A stretch of 64,000 nt of DNA from Deltaproteobacteria bacterium (GCA_029261875.1 JAJDAL010000059.1:4115-68114); one strand, 5' to 3'; shown: positions 40,083 to 50,156, counted from the stretch's first letter. Numbers and translations: made by a program. The notes: generated by a model not told the origin, from the sequence alone.

Positions 40083-40547
40083 TCAGTACCCGCCGGAGAG
40101 CTTTCGATGGTCCCAACTCATGATCTTGTCGGGCTTGATGAAGACCGCCGTTCGCTTCGCGGCCAATTGTTTCGCCGCGCCTTCGAGCGCATCGCCTTCG
40201 AGTCCCGGTTGGTATTTCTTCATCACCTCGCGCGCGACACCGGTGACGGCCGCCGGGTCCGCATCGAGCTCCGCGGTGCCGTTGATCGATACGCCGCGCA
40301 ATTCGCCGTAGGAGTCTCCGGTTTCAACCAAAACCGCGACGCGCGGATCGCGTTCGAGGTTTCGGATCTTCTGGGATTTTTGATAGGTCTCGAAGGCGAT
40401 CCGACCGTCGACCAACGCGTACCAGAGCGTCGTCAGGTGAACGGAACCGTCCCGATTCAGCGTCCCCACTTGGAGGGATTTCTGCTCCGCTACGAAAGTC
40501 TCGCGTTCGGCGTCGGTCATTCGAATCTTGTCGCGTCGGTTTGCCAT
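40083..40547 (-). CDS. PPOX-class (pyridoxamine-phosphate oxidase-like) F420-dependent oxidoreductase
   Basis: KSQKIRNLERDPRV, YGELRGV and SWDHRKL motifs. Confidence 0.9.
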   Translation of the reverse strand: MANRRDKIRMTDAERETFVAEQKSLQVGTLNRDGSVHLTTLWYALVDGRIAFETYQKSQKIRNLERDPRVAVLVETGDSYGELRGVSINGTAELDADPAAVTGVAREVMKKYQPGLEGDALEGAAKQLAAKRTAVFIKPDKIMSWDHRKLSGGY

Positions 40548-40607
40548 CCGGACATTTCACACCGGGCTGCGGTCTCCGGCAAGGGGTGTGGGTCAGAAAT
40601 TCCCGGG

Positions 40608-43600
40608 TCAGGAGCGGAAGGCGGCCTCGAGGGTTTCCAACACCCGCGCTTCCTCACGCGAAATGGCCCCGAGCCCCATGAATCCACCCGCCGCTTCCGC
40701 AACGTCGCGCGCGCGGCCCACGATCGCTTCCCGCAAGCGCGCCCGTCCCTCGACCGAGAGTTCTTCGCAGATGGCCGCGATGAACTCCGCCCAGGCTGCG
40801 AGCATCTCGGTGTCCGGCCGCTCATCGAGCCATACGCGAAGCAATCCATGGCTCGGGCTCCCGGCCACGATGCCGCTGGCTTCGGCACCGGCCAATACCG
40901 CGCGCTGCTCGTTCTCGTCCATTCGACCGTCGGCCCAGGCCACTTCTACCAGCGGGATCAATGTCAGCGCCGCTAACGTATCCGGCCGAATCCCGAGGCC
41001 CGACAATCGATTCGAAACTTGCGACCCCGCGGCGCGATCGTCGCCCGCGCGACCCACCAGCTGCGCGCGATAGGCATCGGCCTTCTTGCGGAAGAACGCG
41101 TCATCGAGTGTGCGCCCGCGGCGCGCCAGACTTTCTTCGAATGCGGCGCGCCGCTCGCGGTGAGATTCGGCATCGAGGACCCGGCGCTTGCCCGCGGCGG
41201 CAACATGGTGAGCGAGAGACTCGCTCAAGTTCGAATACACGACCGCAGCCACACGTGGATTGCGACGCCCGAGATGGGTGATGGATTTCTGTGTAAAACG
41301 CAGCAAACGCGTGTCTTCGACCACGTCGACGTCCGCCGTGCGCTGCGCGTGAAACAAACCGACTTCGCCGAGGATGCTGCCGCGCCCATGGGTGGCGAAC
41401 TGGCGCGTCACGCCGTCCTGTTCGATGGAGACCTGACAACGGCCACTGATCACCACGTACATCGAGTCGCCCGGTTCCCCCATGTTGAAGAGTCGCTCGC
41501 CGGCGGGGACATCCAGAAACCTTCCCGTCAGAGCGACCAGGCGCGCCTGGGCGCGCGTCAAACCGTGAAAGAGCGTGATGGTCTTCTGCGGGTTGGGTCC
41601 CAGGTCGATCGTGAGAAAGTCCCACAACGTCGCAATCCGCAAGCGCGCGCACAGAGCGGGAGTCAACGTGAAGTCCGTGAGCCACGCAAACCCCAGCGCG
41701 AAGGCCGCCATGGCACCGAGCTGACCCTGGGTCTCGATCTCACTGAACTGCAGGGTGGAGAACCCAAGACACAGGGCCGCCGTCGTATAGGTCACCGGAC
41801 GGCCCACGGATTGTAGGGCCATCACGGTCGCCCGACGCTCGTCCCCGGTGCGCTTGGCGTCTTGAATGAAGCGGGCGAAGTAATGGATCGTGTCGTCGAC
41901 CGCGATCCCAAGAACCATCGGGGCCACGAGACTGGTCCCGGGGCTCAGCAAGACCCCCGTAATCCCCAGCGCGCCGAAGTAGACCGCCACCGGCAGAACG
42001 TTGGGGATCAACGCAATCACTCCGATTCGGAACGAAACGAAAAGCGCCGCGAGGATGATGTAGATGATCCCGAGCGCTGCGAGGACGGAAACCGCTTGCC
42101 CTCGAATGATGTCGTCGAGCGCGCGATTGAACACCACCGACGTCCCGGTCACGGTCCCGCGCAACTGGTTGGGCAAGGTGGCCAAGCGCTTTTCGATGCG
42201 CTCGGTCAGCTCCGCGACTTCCGCGGAATCGATGGCCGTCGAGCGTACGCGAATGCTCGAAATCTGATACGTCCCATCGACGAATCGGTCGAGCTCGTCT
42301 CCGCCGGCGAAGAACAGGAGCTGGTTGGTCAGGCGCCGCGTGTCGGGAATCACGAAGGCCTCGGAGGCATTGTTGTAGAATCCGCGGTGCACCAATTTCA
42401 CGTAGTCCGCGAGAGACGTGGTCCCTCCGATCTCCGGTTGCGCTTCGAGCCAACGCTGCAGGGATTCCATGGCGCGCAGATTCTCGGGCTCTTTGAAGCC
42501 GTCCGTCACATCCGTTTCCAGCACGACGAAGAACAAATTCGCGCCTTTCAGATGGGTGTTGATGGCTTCGAAGTCCACCCGCACGCGGGCGTCTTTGCGA
42601 AACTTGCTGACCTGCTGGGTTCCGATCTTCATTTCCGAAACGCCGAACAACGCCAATCCGAAAATCGCGATCGAAGCGGCGAAAACGACCCCCCGGTGGT
42701 CGAAGTCGAAGCGGCCGATTCGTTCGGCGATGCGGTCGAAGCGGATCCAGCCGCGCCCACCGGAATCCGATTCCACCATTTTCCCGGGACGGGCAAAGAT
42801 CACGAGCGCAGCCGGGGCGAAAGTGAGCGCCGCCACCACACTGCACGCGACACCGATCACGGCCAGCAGTCCGAATTCGCGCACGGCCCCCAACGGACTC
42901 AAGCCCAGGGAAGCGAAACCCGCTGCCGTGGTCAGGCCCGTGAGCGACACCGGGAGTGAAACCCGCCCGAGGACTTCCTTCACCAGCGCCGCACCGCGGG
43001 CGCGCGTCCCCTCGCGCAACAGCGCGTCGTACTCGGCCACGACGTGAACCGAGTACGAGAGACCGAGCGTCGTGAGCAAGGGTGGAATCAAGACGGTGAC
43101 GGCGTTCAGGTCGTACCCGAGCAGCATGACCAGTCCAAAAGTCCAAACCACGCCCACGACGATCGTCAGCGCGGGAATCACGACACCCCGCACACTTCGA
43201 AACGAAATCAACAGAACCAGCGAGATCGCCGCCAATGCGTAGAGGGGCAAGGTGACGGTTTCACCGAGCAGGATCCGGGCGGAAACCGCGCGGATGTGGG
43301 GCCCGCCGGTGATCCACGCCTCCGCGTCGCCGCGCTCGGCGGCCACGATCTCCGAAATCCGGTCGTCGATCCCCGACGATTGGTATTCGCCGTGGGACAT
43401 GTCGAGGAAATAGACCACCAACGCCGTGGTTCGGGCGTCGCGCGAAACCAGCTGACCCGCATACATGGGGTTGGCCATCACGTCTCGCCGTAGACTCTCG
43501 AGTTCCGCGGACCCGCTGGGCACCTCGTCCATGAAGGGCCCGATCACCAGGTCGTCGTCCACGCCGCGAACGTTGACCGCGTTCGTAATCGACAAGACGT

Positions 43601-43916
43601 GATGAACCCCGTCAACGGCCTCGAGCGCGCGGGTCATCCGCGATACGCGCTGGAGGCTCTCCACGCTAAAGACCGATTCGCTGCGCAGCGCGACGACCAG
43701 GGTCTCGTCGGTACCGAACAGACGCCGAATCTTGTCGTAGTAAGCCCTGGATTCGTCTTCTTCGGGCAGCAGGCGCTCGGCGGACGGATCGATGTGGAGC
43801 TGAACTTCCCCGGTTCGCAGGTCGACAACCTGGGAGACCGCGGCCGCGACGCAAGCCAGTGCGATGCCCAGGGTCAGGACCGCGTTGCGGGGGATCCAGT
43901 GGATCAGGCGGTCCAC
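40608..43916 (-). CDS. MMPL/RND exporter fused to a cNMP-binding domain and a TerB-like C-terminal domain
   Basis: GIAVDDTIH RND motif; LFNMGEPGDSMYVVISG..GEVGL..RTADV cNMP motif; PLVEVAWADG..AEAAGGFMG tail. Confidence 0.85.
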   Translation of the reverse strand: MDRLIHWIPRNAVLTLGIALACVAAAVSQVVDLRTGEVQLHIDPSAERLLPEEDESRAYYDKIRRLFGTDETLVVALRSESVFSVESLQRVSRMTRALEAVDGVHHVLSITNAVNVRGVDDDLVIGPFMDEVPSGSAELESLRRDVMANPMYAGQLVSRDARTTALVVYFLDMSHGEYQSSGIDDRISEIVAAERGDAEAWITGGPHIRAVSARILLGETVTLPLYALAAISLVLLISFRSVRGVVIPALTIVVGVVWTFGLVMLLGYDLNAVTVLIPPLLTTLGLSYSVHVVAEYDALLREGTRARGAALVKEVLGRVSLPVSLTGLTTAAGFASLGLSPLGAVREFGLLAVIGVACSVVAALTFAPAALVIFARPGKMVESDSGGRGWIRFDRIAERIGRFDFDHRGVVFAASIAIFGLALFGVSEMKIGTQQVSKFRKDARVRVDFEAINTHLKGANLFFVVLETDVTDGFKEPENLRAMESLQRWLEAQPEIGGTTSLADYVKLVHRGFYNNASEAFVIPDTRRLTNQLLFFAGGDELDRFVDGTYQISSIRVRSTAIDSAEVAELTERIEKRLATLPNQLRGTVTGTSVVFNRALDDIIRGQAVSVLAALGIIYIILAALFVSFRIGVIALIPNVLPVAVYFGALGITGVLLSPGTSLVAPMVLGIAVDDTIHYFARFIQDAKRTGDERRATVMALQSVGRPVTYTTAALCLGFSTLQFSEIETQGQLGAMAAFALGFAWLTDFTLTPALCARLRIATLWDFLTIDLGPNPQKTITLFHGLTRAQARLVALTGRFLDVPAGERLFNMGEPGDSMYVVISGRCQVSIEQDGVTRQFATHGRGSILGEVGLFHAQRTADVDVVEDTRLLRFTQKSITHLGRRNPRVAAVVYSNLSESLAHHVAAAGKRRVLDAESHRERRAAFEESLARRGRTLDDAFFRKKADAYRAQLVGRAGDDRAAGSQVSNRLSGLGIRPDTLAALTLIPLVEVAWADGRMDENEQRAVLAGAEASGIVAGSPSHGLLRVWLDERPDTEMLAAWAEFIAAICEELSVEGRARLREAIVGRARDVAEAAGGFMGLGAISREEARVLETLEAAFRS

Positions 43917-44756
43917 CTAGCGAACCTGTGTACGCTCCAAGCTGCTCGAAGTAAACAGCCGGTTCGACACGTCGGCGCCGAGCTCGATGTCCTCGATCAA
44001 GAGGTCCGTAGCGGTCTGGTCCTTCTTGTCTTCCATCCGAAGCTTCAGCGGAATCCGGACGCCTTTTTCCTCGTGCACCGAATCGCGGTCCGCGGTCAAC
44101 ACCTTGCGCAATCGCGTATCACTCTCCCACATCTCACTCTTGAGGGGAATGCAGCGCTCTTTCTCCACGTAGGAGACGACGCGCTGGTAGGCAGAGCCCA
44201 CATCCTCCGCGGGATAATGCGCCACGACGTCGACCGCGACGTCGTCCAGCGTGGCATCGTCCAGCTTTTCCGAACGCCCCCCGACGGCCATGCCCTGGAT
44301 ACGCGTGAAGTCTTCGTAGGTGAAGTCACTTCCAAACAGCGATCCCGCCATCATGTGGGAGGTCACGCGTTTGACCTTCCGCAGATCCGGCAGGTAGACG
44401 AACATGTCGGTTCGCGAATCCTTTTCGATCAACAGCAAACCCGCGCCCTTGAGATCCGCGGGTTCGAAAATCTTGATCAAGGCCTTCGAGTTCCCATCTT
44501 CGCCACGCTTCCACCAGAGCTTGCCCTGAATGGTGCGCGCTTGACCGAGACGGTCGGTGGGACGGAATTGAACGCGCTGGATGCTCGAATCCACCGGAAA
44601 GTTCTTCTGAACGCATTCGCGCACGGCTTCCGCGCCGGCCGCGTTGTCCCCGGGCACGGCATCCACCGCTCGGGATTCTCCGGCAGCGAACGCCAGACCG
44701 ACCCCGGCAAAAAGCGCAAATGAACTTCGAAACCACCGCCAATTCAGGCGAATCAT
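43917..44756 (-). CDS. Outer-membrane lipoprotein-sorting protein (LolA-like)
   Basis: PADLKGAGLL, YLPDLRKVKR and SLFGSDFTYED motifs; directly abuts the RND gene. Confidence 0.88.
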   Translation of the reverse strand: MIRLNWRWFRSSFALFAGVGLAFAAGESRAVDAVPGDNAAGAEAVRECVQKNFPVDSSIQRVQFRPTDRLGQARTIQGKLWWKRGEDGNSKALIKIFEPADLKGAGLLLIEKDSRTDMFVYLPDLRKVKRVTSHMMAGSLFGSDFTYEDFTRIQGMAVGGRSEKLDDATLDDVAVDVVAHYPAEDVGSAYQRVVSYVEKERCIPLKSEMWESDTRLRKVLTADRDSVHEEKGVRIPLKLRMEDKKDQTATDLLIEDIELGADVSNRLFTSSSLERTQVR

Positions 44757-44797
44757 CGCAAATCCCCCGTCCCCGCCATCTCCCTTATCATAGACCC

Positions 44798-46261
44798 ATG
44801 AAGCACTTCACAACCCCCTCGAGGCGGATTCTCACCGGCCTCGTCGCAATCGCTCTGCTGACCCTCGCCGGCGGGATGCTAGCGATCTCTGCGGCGGCTG
44901 CGGACCAGGCAATTCTGGGCCGCGGACTGTTGGTAAAAGACCCTGTGGTGGACGATGCCACGCGCCGCAAGCTGATCGCGAGCGCACGCGAATCCGACAG
45001 CCCGGACGTCATCGAAGGCGACCCGACCCTCCAGGGGGGTGGCGGCGGCGCGTTGCTGTCCATCGACCTCCGGGGCGACACGCCCAGCCGCCAGAGCTTT
45101 CCCCTTCCGCAGGGACTCTCCTCCCGCGGCAAGCCCTTCTGGGAAGCCACGCGCACGGACGGATTTCGCTACCGGGATCCCAAAGGGGAGAACGGTCCCG
45201 TGCGGTCGCTCGTGGTGCGAAAGAACCGCAACGCATTCCTCTTGAAGGCGACGATCCTCGGTCGCAACGGTCCGGTCGAACTCGCTCCACCGAACCTGGG
45301 CAACGAAGCCTTTTTGACATTGCAGCTTACGGGCGGCGATCGCCTTTGCGTTCAGTTCGGGGCCGAATCCACCGCAACGCGCAACGACGCGCAAGTATGG
45401 CGCCTCGCGAAAGTCGTCGACGAAGGTTGCCCGAGCGGAGAGTCCGGCGAGTTGCTCGCCCTCGCCTACAACGTGGCGGGTCTGCCCGATATCCTTTCGG
45501 GTTCCAATCCGGCGGTGAATACGGAACTCATCAGTCCCCTGCTCAACGCCTACGATTTGGTCCTGGTGCAGGAGAGTTGGCAAACCCCGGATCCCAATCC
45601 CCTGGCTCCCCTGCGCCTCTATCACGAGATCCTCGCCGCCGATGCCCTTCACCCCTTCCAATCCGTGTCCGCGCCGATTCCCCTCGGCAACGACCCGCGG
45701 CGGCCTTCGGCGCAACTCAGCGATGGACTCAATCGCTTCAGCCGCTTTCCCTTCGAAGACGTCCTGCGCGAAGCCTGGGAAGATTGCGACAACAGCTCCG
45801 CGGATTGTCTCGCCCTCAAGGGCTTCAGCATGGCGCGCACGACCCTGGCCCCCGGAGTCAGCGTCGATGTCTACAATCTCCACATGGAAGCCGGTGGCAC
45901 CGAAAACGACGAGCAATTGCGAGAAGACGGTGTGACCCAGATGGTCGAATTCATCAACACCCATTCCGTCGGTCGGGCCATTCTATTCGGCGGAGACTTC
46001 AATCTACACACGGACGAAGAACCGGATTCGACGACCTTCAACCGCCTGCTGTCCGAAGGCGGCCTGACGGACGTTTGCGCCGCCTTGGCTTGTCCAGAGC
46101 CCGGACGCATCGACAAGATGCTCTTCCGGAGCAACGCTCAAATCACCATCACACCGCTATCGTGGAACTTCGAAACCGACGTCTTCATTCGCGACGATTT
46201 GGAACCTTTGAGCGACCACGATCCCCTGGCGGTTCGCTTCCGTTGGACGCGTACGCCCTAG
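44798..46261 (+). CDS. Secreted endonuclease/exonuclease/phosphatase (sphingomyelinase-like) with an extra N-terminal domain
   Basis: YNVAGLP, VQE, DCLALKGF, NLH, GGDFN, IDK and LSDH motifs. Confidence 0.85.
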   Translation: MKHFTTPSRRILTGLVAIALLTLAGGMLAISAAAADQAILGRGLLVKDPVVDDATRRKLIASARESDSPDVIEGDPTLQGGGGGALLSIDLRGDTPSRQSFPLPQGLSSRGKPFWEATRTDGFRYRDPKGENGPVRSLVVRKNRNAFLLKATILGRNGPVELAPPNLGNEAFLTLQLTGGDRLCVQFGAESTATRNDAQVWRLAKVVDEGCPSGESGELLALAYNVAGLPDILSGSNPAVNTELISPLLNAYDLVLVQESWQTPDPNPLAPLRLYHEILAADALHPFQSVSAPIPLGNDPRRPSAQLSDGLNRFSRFPFEDVLREAWEDCDNSSADCLALKGFSMARTTLAPGVSVDVYNLHMEAGGTENDEQLREDGVTQMVEFINTHSVGRAILFGGDFNLHTDEEPDSTTFNRLLSEGGLTDVCAALACPEPGRIDKMLFRSNAQITITPLSWNFETDVFIRDDLEPLSDHDPLAVRFRWTRTP

Positions 46262-46848
46262 ATCTTTCCGAGACGCTTCAATCCGCGATCGAGGGCGCGG
46301 CGCTGGCGCAGACTCGGCACGGCGTCGCCGCGATCCTTGAGTCCCAGGTGGTGAAACGCGCAATCGTCTTGGGTTTCGAGAATCATCTCGACCGCCAACA
46401 GCCCGGCCGACGCCGCACAGCCGAGAACGGCCGCAAGTAGACCCACTGCGTCCCAGGCATCGACTTCGAGTTCCAGGCAACCGCCGAAGGACTTGGATTC
46501 GCGGAGTTCACAATCCAGGAGTGCGGGTTCGACGACGGGCGGGCGTACCTTCGAGTAGATGGCGCGCACGAGCCCCTCGGGTCCCGCCGAATCGGCCAGG
46601 CTCTGCTCCACTTCGAGCTGAACCGTCCACTGGTCGGAATCGATTCGACGTGCGTAGCCGTTCTGCAGACTCACTCCCCGCGCCGCAAAGTCGCGCGACA
46701 GATTCACGCTCCAATCCGCAGGCAGTGGCCCCGTCAGCTTCATGTCGCTCCGGCGGCCGCCGAGCGATTCCGTGCTGATGACGAGTGAGGATGCTTCGGC
46801 ATCCCCGGCATGAGCGAAGACCGGGTGGATGTAGCGCGTCATGGACAT
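46258..46848 (-). CDS. Hypothetical protein with an ACT-like (GlnD-type) C-terminal domain
   Basis: LELEVDAWDAVGLL...ILETQDD pattern; AAGGGAG RBS. Confidence 0.55.
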   Translation of the reverse strand: MSMTRYIHPVFAHAGDAEASSLVISTESLGGRRSDMKLTGPLPADWSVNLSRDFAARGVSLQNGYARRIDSDQWTVQLEVEQSLADSAGPEGLVRAIYSKVRPPVVEPALLDCELRESKSFGGCLELEVDAWDAVGLLAAVLGCAASAGLLAVEMILETQDDCAFHHLGLKDRGDAVPSLRQRRALDRGLKRLGKI

Positions 46849-46873
46849 CGGGAACTCCCTTACCGGGGGAGAG

Positions 46874-46889
46874 AGCAAATCCCGTGCCG
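46874..46889 (-). promoter_or_regulatory. Sigma54 promoter
   Basis: Minus strand CGGCACGGGATTTGCT (GG-N10-GC), ~25 nt upstream of the start codon. Confidence 0.7.
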
Positions 46890-46965
46890 CCTCCCAAGCG
46901 ACGCGGAGTCACTCCCGACGCGGCGCTGCACAAACGGGAAGCAATCGAAATCGCGAATGAACAAC

Positions 46966-48042
46966 TCATTGGCAGAGCGACCGGTAGAGCGCGTCGAGGC
47001 GATCCATCTGAAGCGCGCGATCGAAACCCGGAACGCGAAGAGCGCGACCTTCGACGGCGCGGGCGAGTGCGCCGGCCAGGGCATCGACATCACCATATGG
47101 CACACGTGTGTCACCCGTGAGCCACTCGGCGATCCCGCCGGAATCCCAGGCGACCACCGGAACCCCCATGGCCAGGGCCTCGAGGCCCACGATTCCGAAG
47201 GGTTCCTGCCAGCGCGGTGCCAGGATGACCGCACGCGCCGCGCGGTACAGCGACGACAAGCTTTCGTGGGACAGCCAACCCAAGACCTCGAAACCCGCCG
47301 CCTCGAGGGATTCGCGTTGCGATCCGGTTCCCGCAAAAACCAGGGGCAACCCGACGCTCGAGCGGCGCCAGGCTTCGACCACATCGGTGACGCCTTTGGC
47401 CGATACGAGCCTTCCAACGAACAGGACGCAGGGGGGTCGATGGGCTTCGGCATCGGGAAGCAAGCCGTGTACGAACGGGGGAATGACGTGGATCTTCTCG
47501 CCTTCGATCCCCACGTCCGAAAGCTCGCGCGCCATGTAGTGTGACAGCACGGTGATGGCCCGCATTCCAGACAGGGCATCCCGGCGTTCGACCGTCAAGC
47601 GAAGAATCCGCTGGAAGTAATCCGCATCGACGAAGCAGCCGGTGCACACTTCCGCGGAGAACGCATCCCGACACGCCCGCCCATCCCGGGTCAACTTCCC
47701 GCGCCCGGGACAGAACGCGCGATGATCTTGAACCGTCGCGATTCCGCCGCGAGCCGCAACCCAATCGAGCGCATCGGGGTTCACGACGTTGTGCACGTGA
47801 ATCAAATCCGGCGAAAACGCGTGAGCGAGTGCATCGAGCTGCGCTGCAACGGGTTTGCGCACGGGAGAATCGAGCCCCGAGACGAGCGCGAACGCGCACG
47901 GCGAGTCGATGGAAGCGTCCCGCCGCCCGCACGCCAACTTCACTTCGTAGTCCGCGTCCGCGAGGCACGAGAGAACGCCGCGAAGGTGCCAATCCGCCCC
48001 TCCGCGGTCACTCAAACGATCGGTTAGATGGAGAACCCGCAG
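46966..48042 (-). CDS. Glycosyltransferase family 4 (start codon uncertain, possibly CTG)
   Basis: RVLHL..RGGA, PDLIHVHN, FVGRL..KG and EPFGIVGLEALAMGVPVV motifs. Confidence 0.85.
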   Translation of the reverse strand: MRVLHLTDRLSDRGGADWHLRGVLSCLADADYEVKLACGRRDASIDSPCAFALVSGLDSPVRKPVAAQLDALAHAFSPDLIHVHNVVNPDALDWVAARGGIATVQDHRAFCPGRGKLTRDGRACRDAFSAEVCTGCFVDADYFQRILRLTVERRDALSGMRAITVLSHYMARELSDVGIEGEKIHVIPPFVHGLLPDAEAHRPPCVLFVGRLVSAKGVTDVVEAWRRSSVGLPLVFAGTGSQRESLEAAGFEVLGWLSHESLSSLYRAARAVILAPRWQEPFGIVGLEALAMGVPVVAWDSGGIAEWLTGDTRVPYGDVDALAGALARAVEGRALRVPGFDRALQMDRLDALYRSLCQ

Positions 48043-48046
48043 GGTG

Positions 48047-49030
48047 TCAGGACGAAAGCGGAGAGACCTGCCCTTCGAAATAACGACGGGGGTTCTCCAC
48101 GAAGATCGTATCGATGTCGCTTTCCGAAACCCCTTCGCCGCGCAATTTGGGAAGCACGTTCTCGAAGATGTGCGTGGGCGACCAGAAGGGAATCTGCTCC
48201 GGTTGCAGGACGATGCTGCCATTGAAGATCGGACGCCCGAGCCAGGACGCGCAGATCGAGTCGTGGGAAAGGCAAATGGAACGCGTGAAGCCCGCTTGGA
48301 CCATGGCGAGTACGGACTTGATGCGCTCGGAATCCGGTTGGAGGGTCTCGATACCGAAACGATCGAACCCCACATAGGACCCGGCTTCGGCCAACCCGCG
48401 GTGGTAGTCGTGATCGTTGCGCCCGTCGGAATGGCCCACCAGGATCCGATGGGCGGGAACGCCCTGCGCCGTGAGAATTTCGATCTGTTCGTCACCGCAG
48501 CGGGCATCGTCCGTATGGGTGATCACCGGACACCCCACTTGCGCGGCAGCCCGTCCCGCCGCCGTCAATACCTTGCGTTCGTAGGCCGATACCTCGGGAG
48601 CGCCCGTGGCCACTTTGATGAGGCCCGCGCGAATCCCCGTATCGTCGATTCCTTCGGTCAATTCCTTCACGTAGATTTCGGTGATCTCTTCGACCGGGAG
48701 AGCGCCGAATACGTAGGTCAGGCCCTCGTTCTCCTTGTAGACCCCGGTCGTGCACACGATCTGCACTCCCGAACGTTGGGAGACTTCGGCCATGAATTCG
48801 ACGTCGCGTCCCAGATCCATGGGACAGGGATCGAGAAACGTCGCAACCCCGTAGTCGCGCAACTCCTGCAGGCGATCCGTACCGCGGGCGAGGGCTTCGT
48901 CGCGCTTGAACTTGGGTGCGATCTTGTCCATCTGCCAACCCGGATAGCCCACCAGCAAGTGCTCGTGAACCAGGGTCTTGCCGAGCTCTTCGGGGCGGCA
49001 ACGCCCGGTAACCGTCGGAATCCAATCCAT
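48047..49030 (-). CDS. Phosphotriesterase-related protein
   Basis: TLVHEH, DLGRD, GLIKVAT, THT, GHSD and LSHD motifs; TATAAT and GAGGAGG upstream. Confidence 0.93.
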   Translation of the reverse strand: MDWIPTVTGRCRPEELGKTLVHEHLLVGYPGWQMDKIAPKFKRDEALARGTDRLQELRDYGVATFLDPCPMDLGRDVEFMAEVSQRSGVQIVCTTGVYKENEGLTYVFGALPVEEITEIYVKELTEGIDDTGIRAGLIKVATGAPEVSAYERKVLTAAGRAAAQVGCPVITHTDDARCGDEQIEILTAQGVPAHRILVGHSDGRNDHDYHRGLAEAGSYVGFDRFGIETLQPDSERIKSVLAMVQAGFTRSICLSHDSICASWLGRPIFNGSIVLQPEQIPFWSPTHIFENVLPKLRGEGVSESDIDTIFVENPRRYFEGQVSPLSS

Positions 49031-49096
49031 GCGGGCTCCTCCTCGGCGGCTGGAAGGGCCGCCATTATACGCATGGAACCCGGGCGGCGGCGACGA

Positions 49097-50134
49097 CTAG
49101 TTGGCGAAGTAACGGCGCAAACGGGCCCCGACGAAGTTCGCCAGGGGAACCGGCATGCGGGTCCAAAGTCGCGACAAGCTCTGCAGGGCCGAATGATCTC
49201 CGGACAACACCGCGGCGCGGACCTCGCCACCGGCGCCGAAGCGCGACCAATGCAGGGGCTGCTCGACCGCACCCCAGCCGAGTTTGAAGCGATGCGTACC
49301 GCTTCCCACGGGCGAGCGTCCGAAATCGAAACCGCTCGCCTCGCGCGCGTGGGCCCAACGCAGGGCTTCCCAGTAGATCAGGTTGTTGGGACAGCGGCGG
49401 CGTTCCGAACGCAGCGTCGAAGCCCAGGGCACGGTGACCGTGTCGCCGAATTGAATGGCGACCAATCCCCCGACAGAGCGCGAACCATCCCAGGCGATCA
49501 CGAAGCGAAGGCGTTCCCCGAAGTGCTGCGCCGCCGCGGCAAAGAACGCCCGCGAATGCACGGGCGAGCCGAGGTCCCGCATGTTCACACAGAAGGGTTC
49601 GTAGAATGCCCCCAAACCGTCGACGGAATCCGGAGGCAACAACAAGCCTTCGCGTTCGGCCTTGCGGGTTTGGTTGCGTACCTTGGCCCCCACGGCCTTC
49701 CACTGGGATTCCTCGTCTTCCGCGAGTGCCAGCCGCAGGTCGACGCGCGGCACCGACTCTCCGGTCTCGCGACAGCGCAGTGGTGCTTCCTGTCGAAATT
49801 CCAAGTCGACGGCGCCCACGCGTTTCGCCAGTGCGAAGGCCGCATCCACCAGCAATTCTTCGCTGGCCTCGTCCCGGGCGATGACGCCGGCGGAATCGAG
49901 AAACGGCATGGAGATCAACTCGCGGCGGCCACGCAGGGTCTTGAATTCGGCCAGGGGAAGCGCGCCGCAGATCTCGCCCTCGTCGTTTCGTAGCGCGAGA
50001 TAGTGACTGCGGATCCCATAGGCGTCGCGCAGGATGTGGCACCAACTCGACGCGTGGCCCAATCCGAAGTGGGGTAAGGCCGCGACGGCTTCGTCCCATT
50101 CCTCGCCGGGATTCTCGATCTCTTCGACCCGCAT
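49097..50134 (-). CDS. FemAB-like GNAT protein of the XrtA/PEP-CTERM-associated type
   Basis: LISMPF, NMRDLGSPVH, PNNLIYW and FDFGRS..GT..FK..WG motifs. Confidence 0.85.
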   Translation of the reverse strand: MRVEEIENPGEEWDEAVAALPHFGLGHASSWCHILRDAYGIRSHYLALRNDEGEICGALPLAEFKTLRGRRELISMPFLDSAGVIARDEASEELLVDAAFALAKRVGAVDLEFRQEAPLRCRETGESVPRVDLRLALAEDEESQWKAVGAKVRNQTRKAEREGLLLPPDSVDGLGAFYEPFCVNMRDLGSPVHSRAFFAAAAQHFGERLRFVIAWDGSRSVGGLVAIQFGDTVTVPWASTLRSERRRCPNNLIYWEALRWAHAREASGFDFGRSPVGSGTHRFKLGWGAVEQPLHWSRFGAGGEVRAAVLSGDHSALQSLSRLWTRMPVPLANFVGARLRRYFAN

Positions 50135-50156
50135 GCTGCCTTTCTTGGAGAATCGT

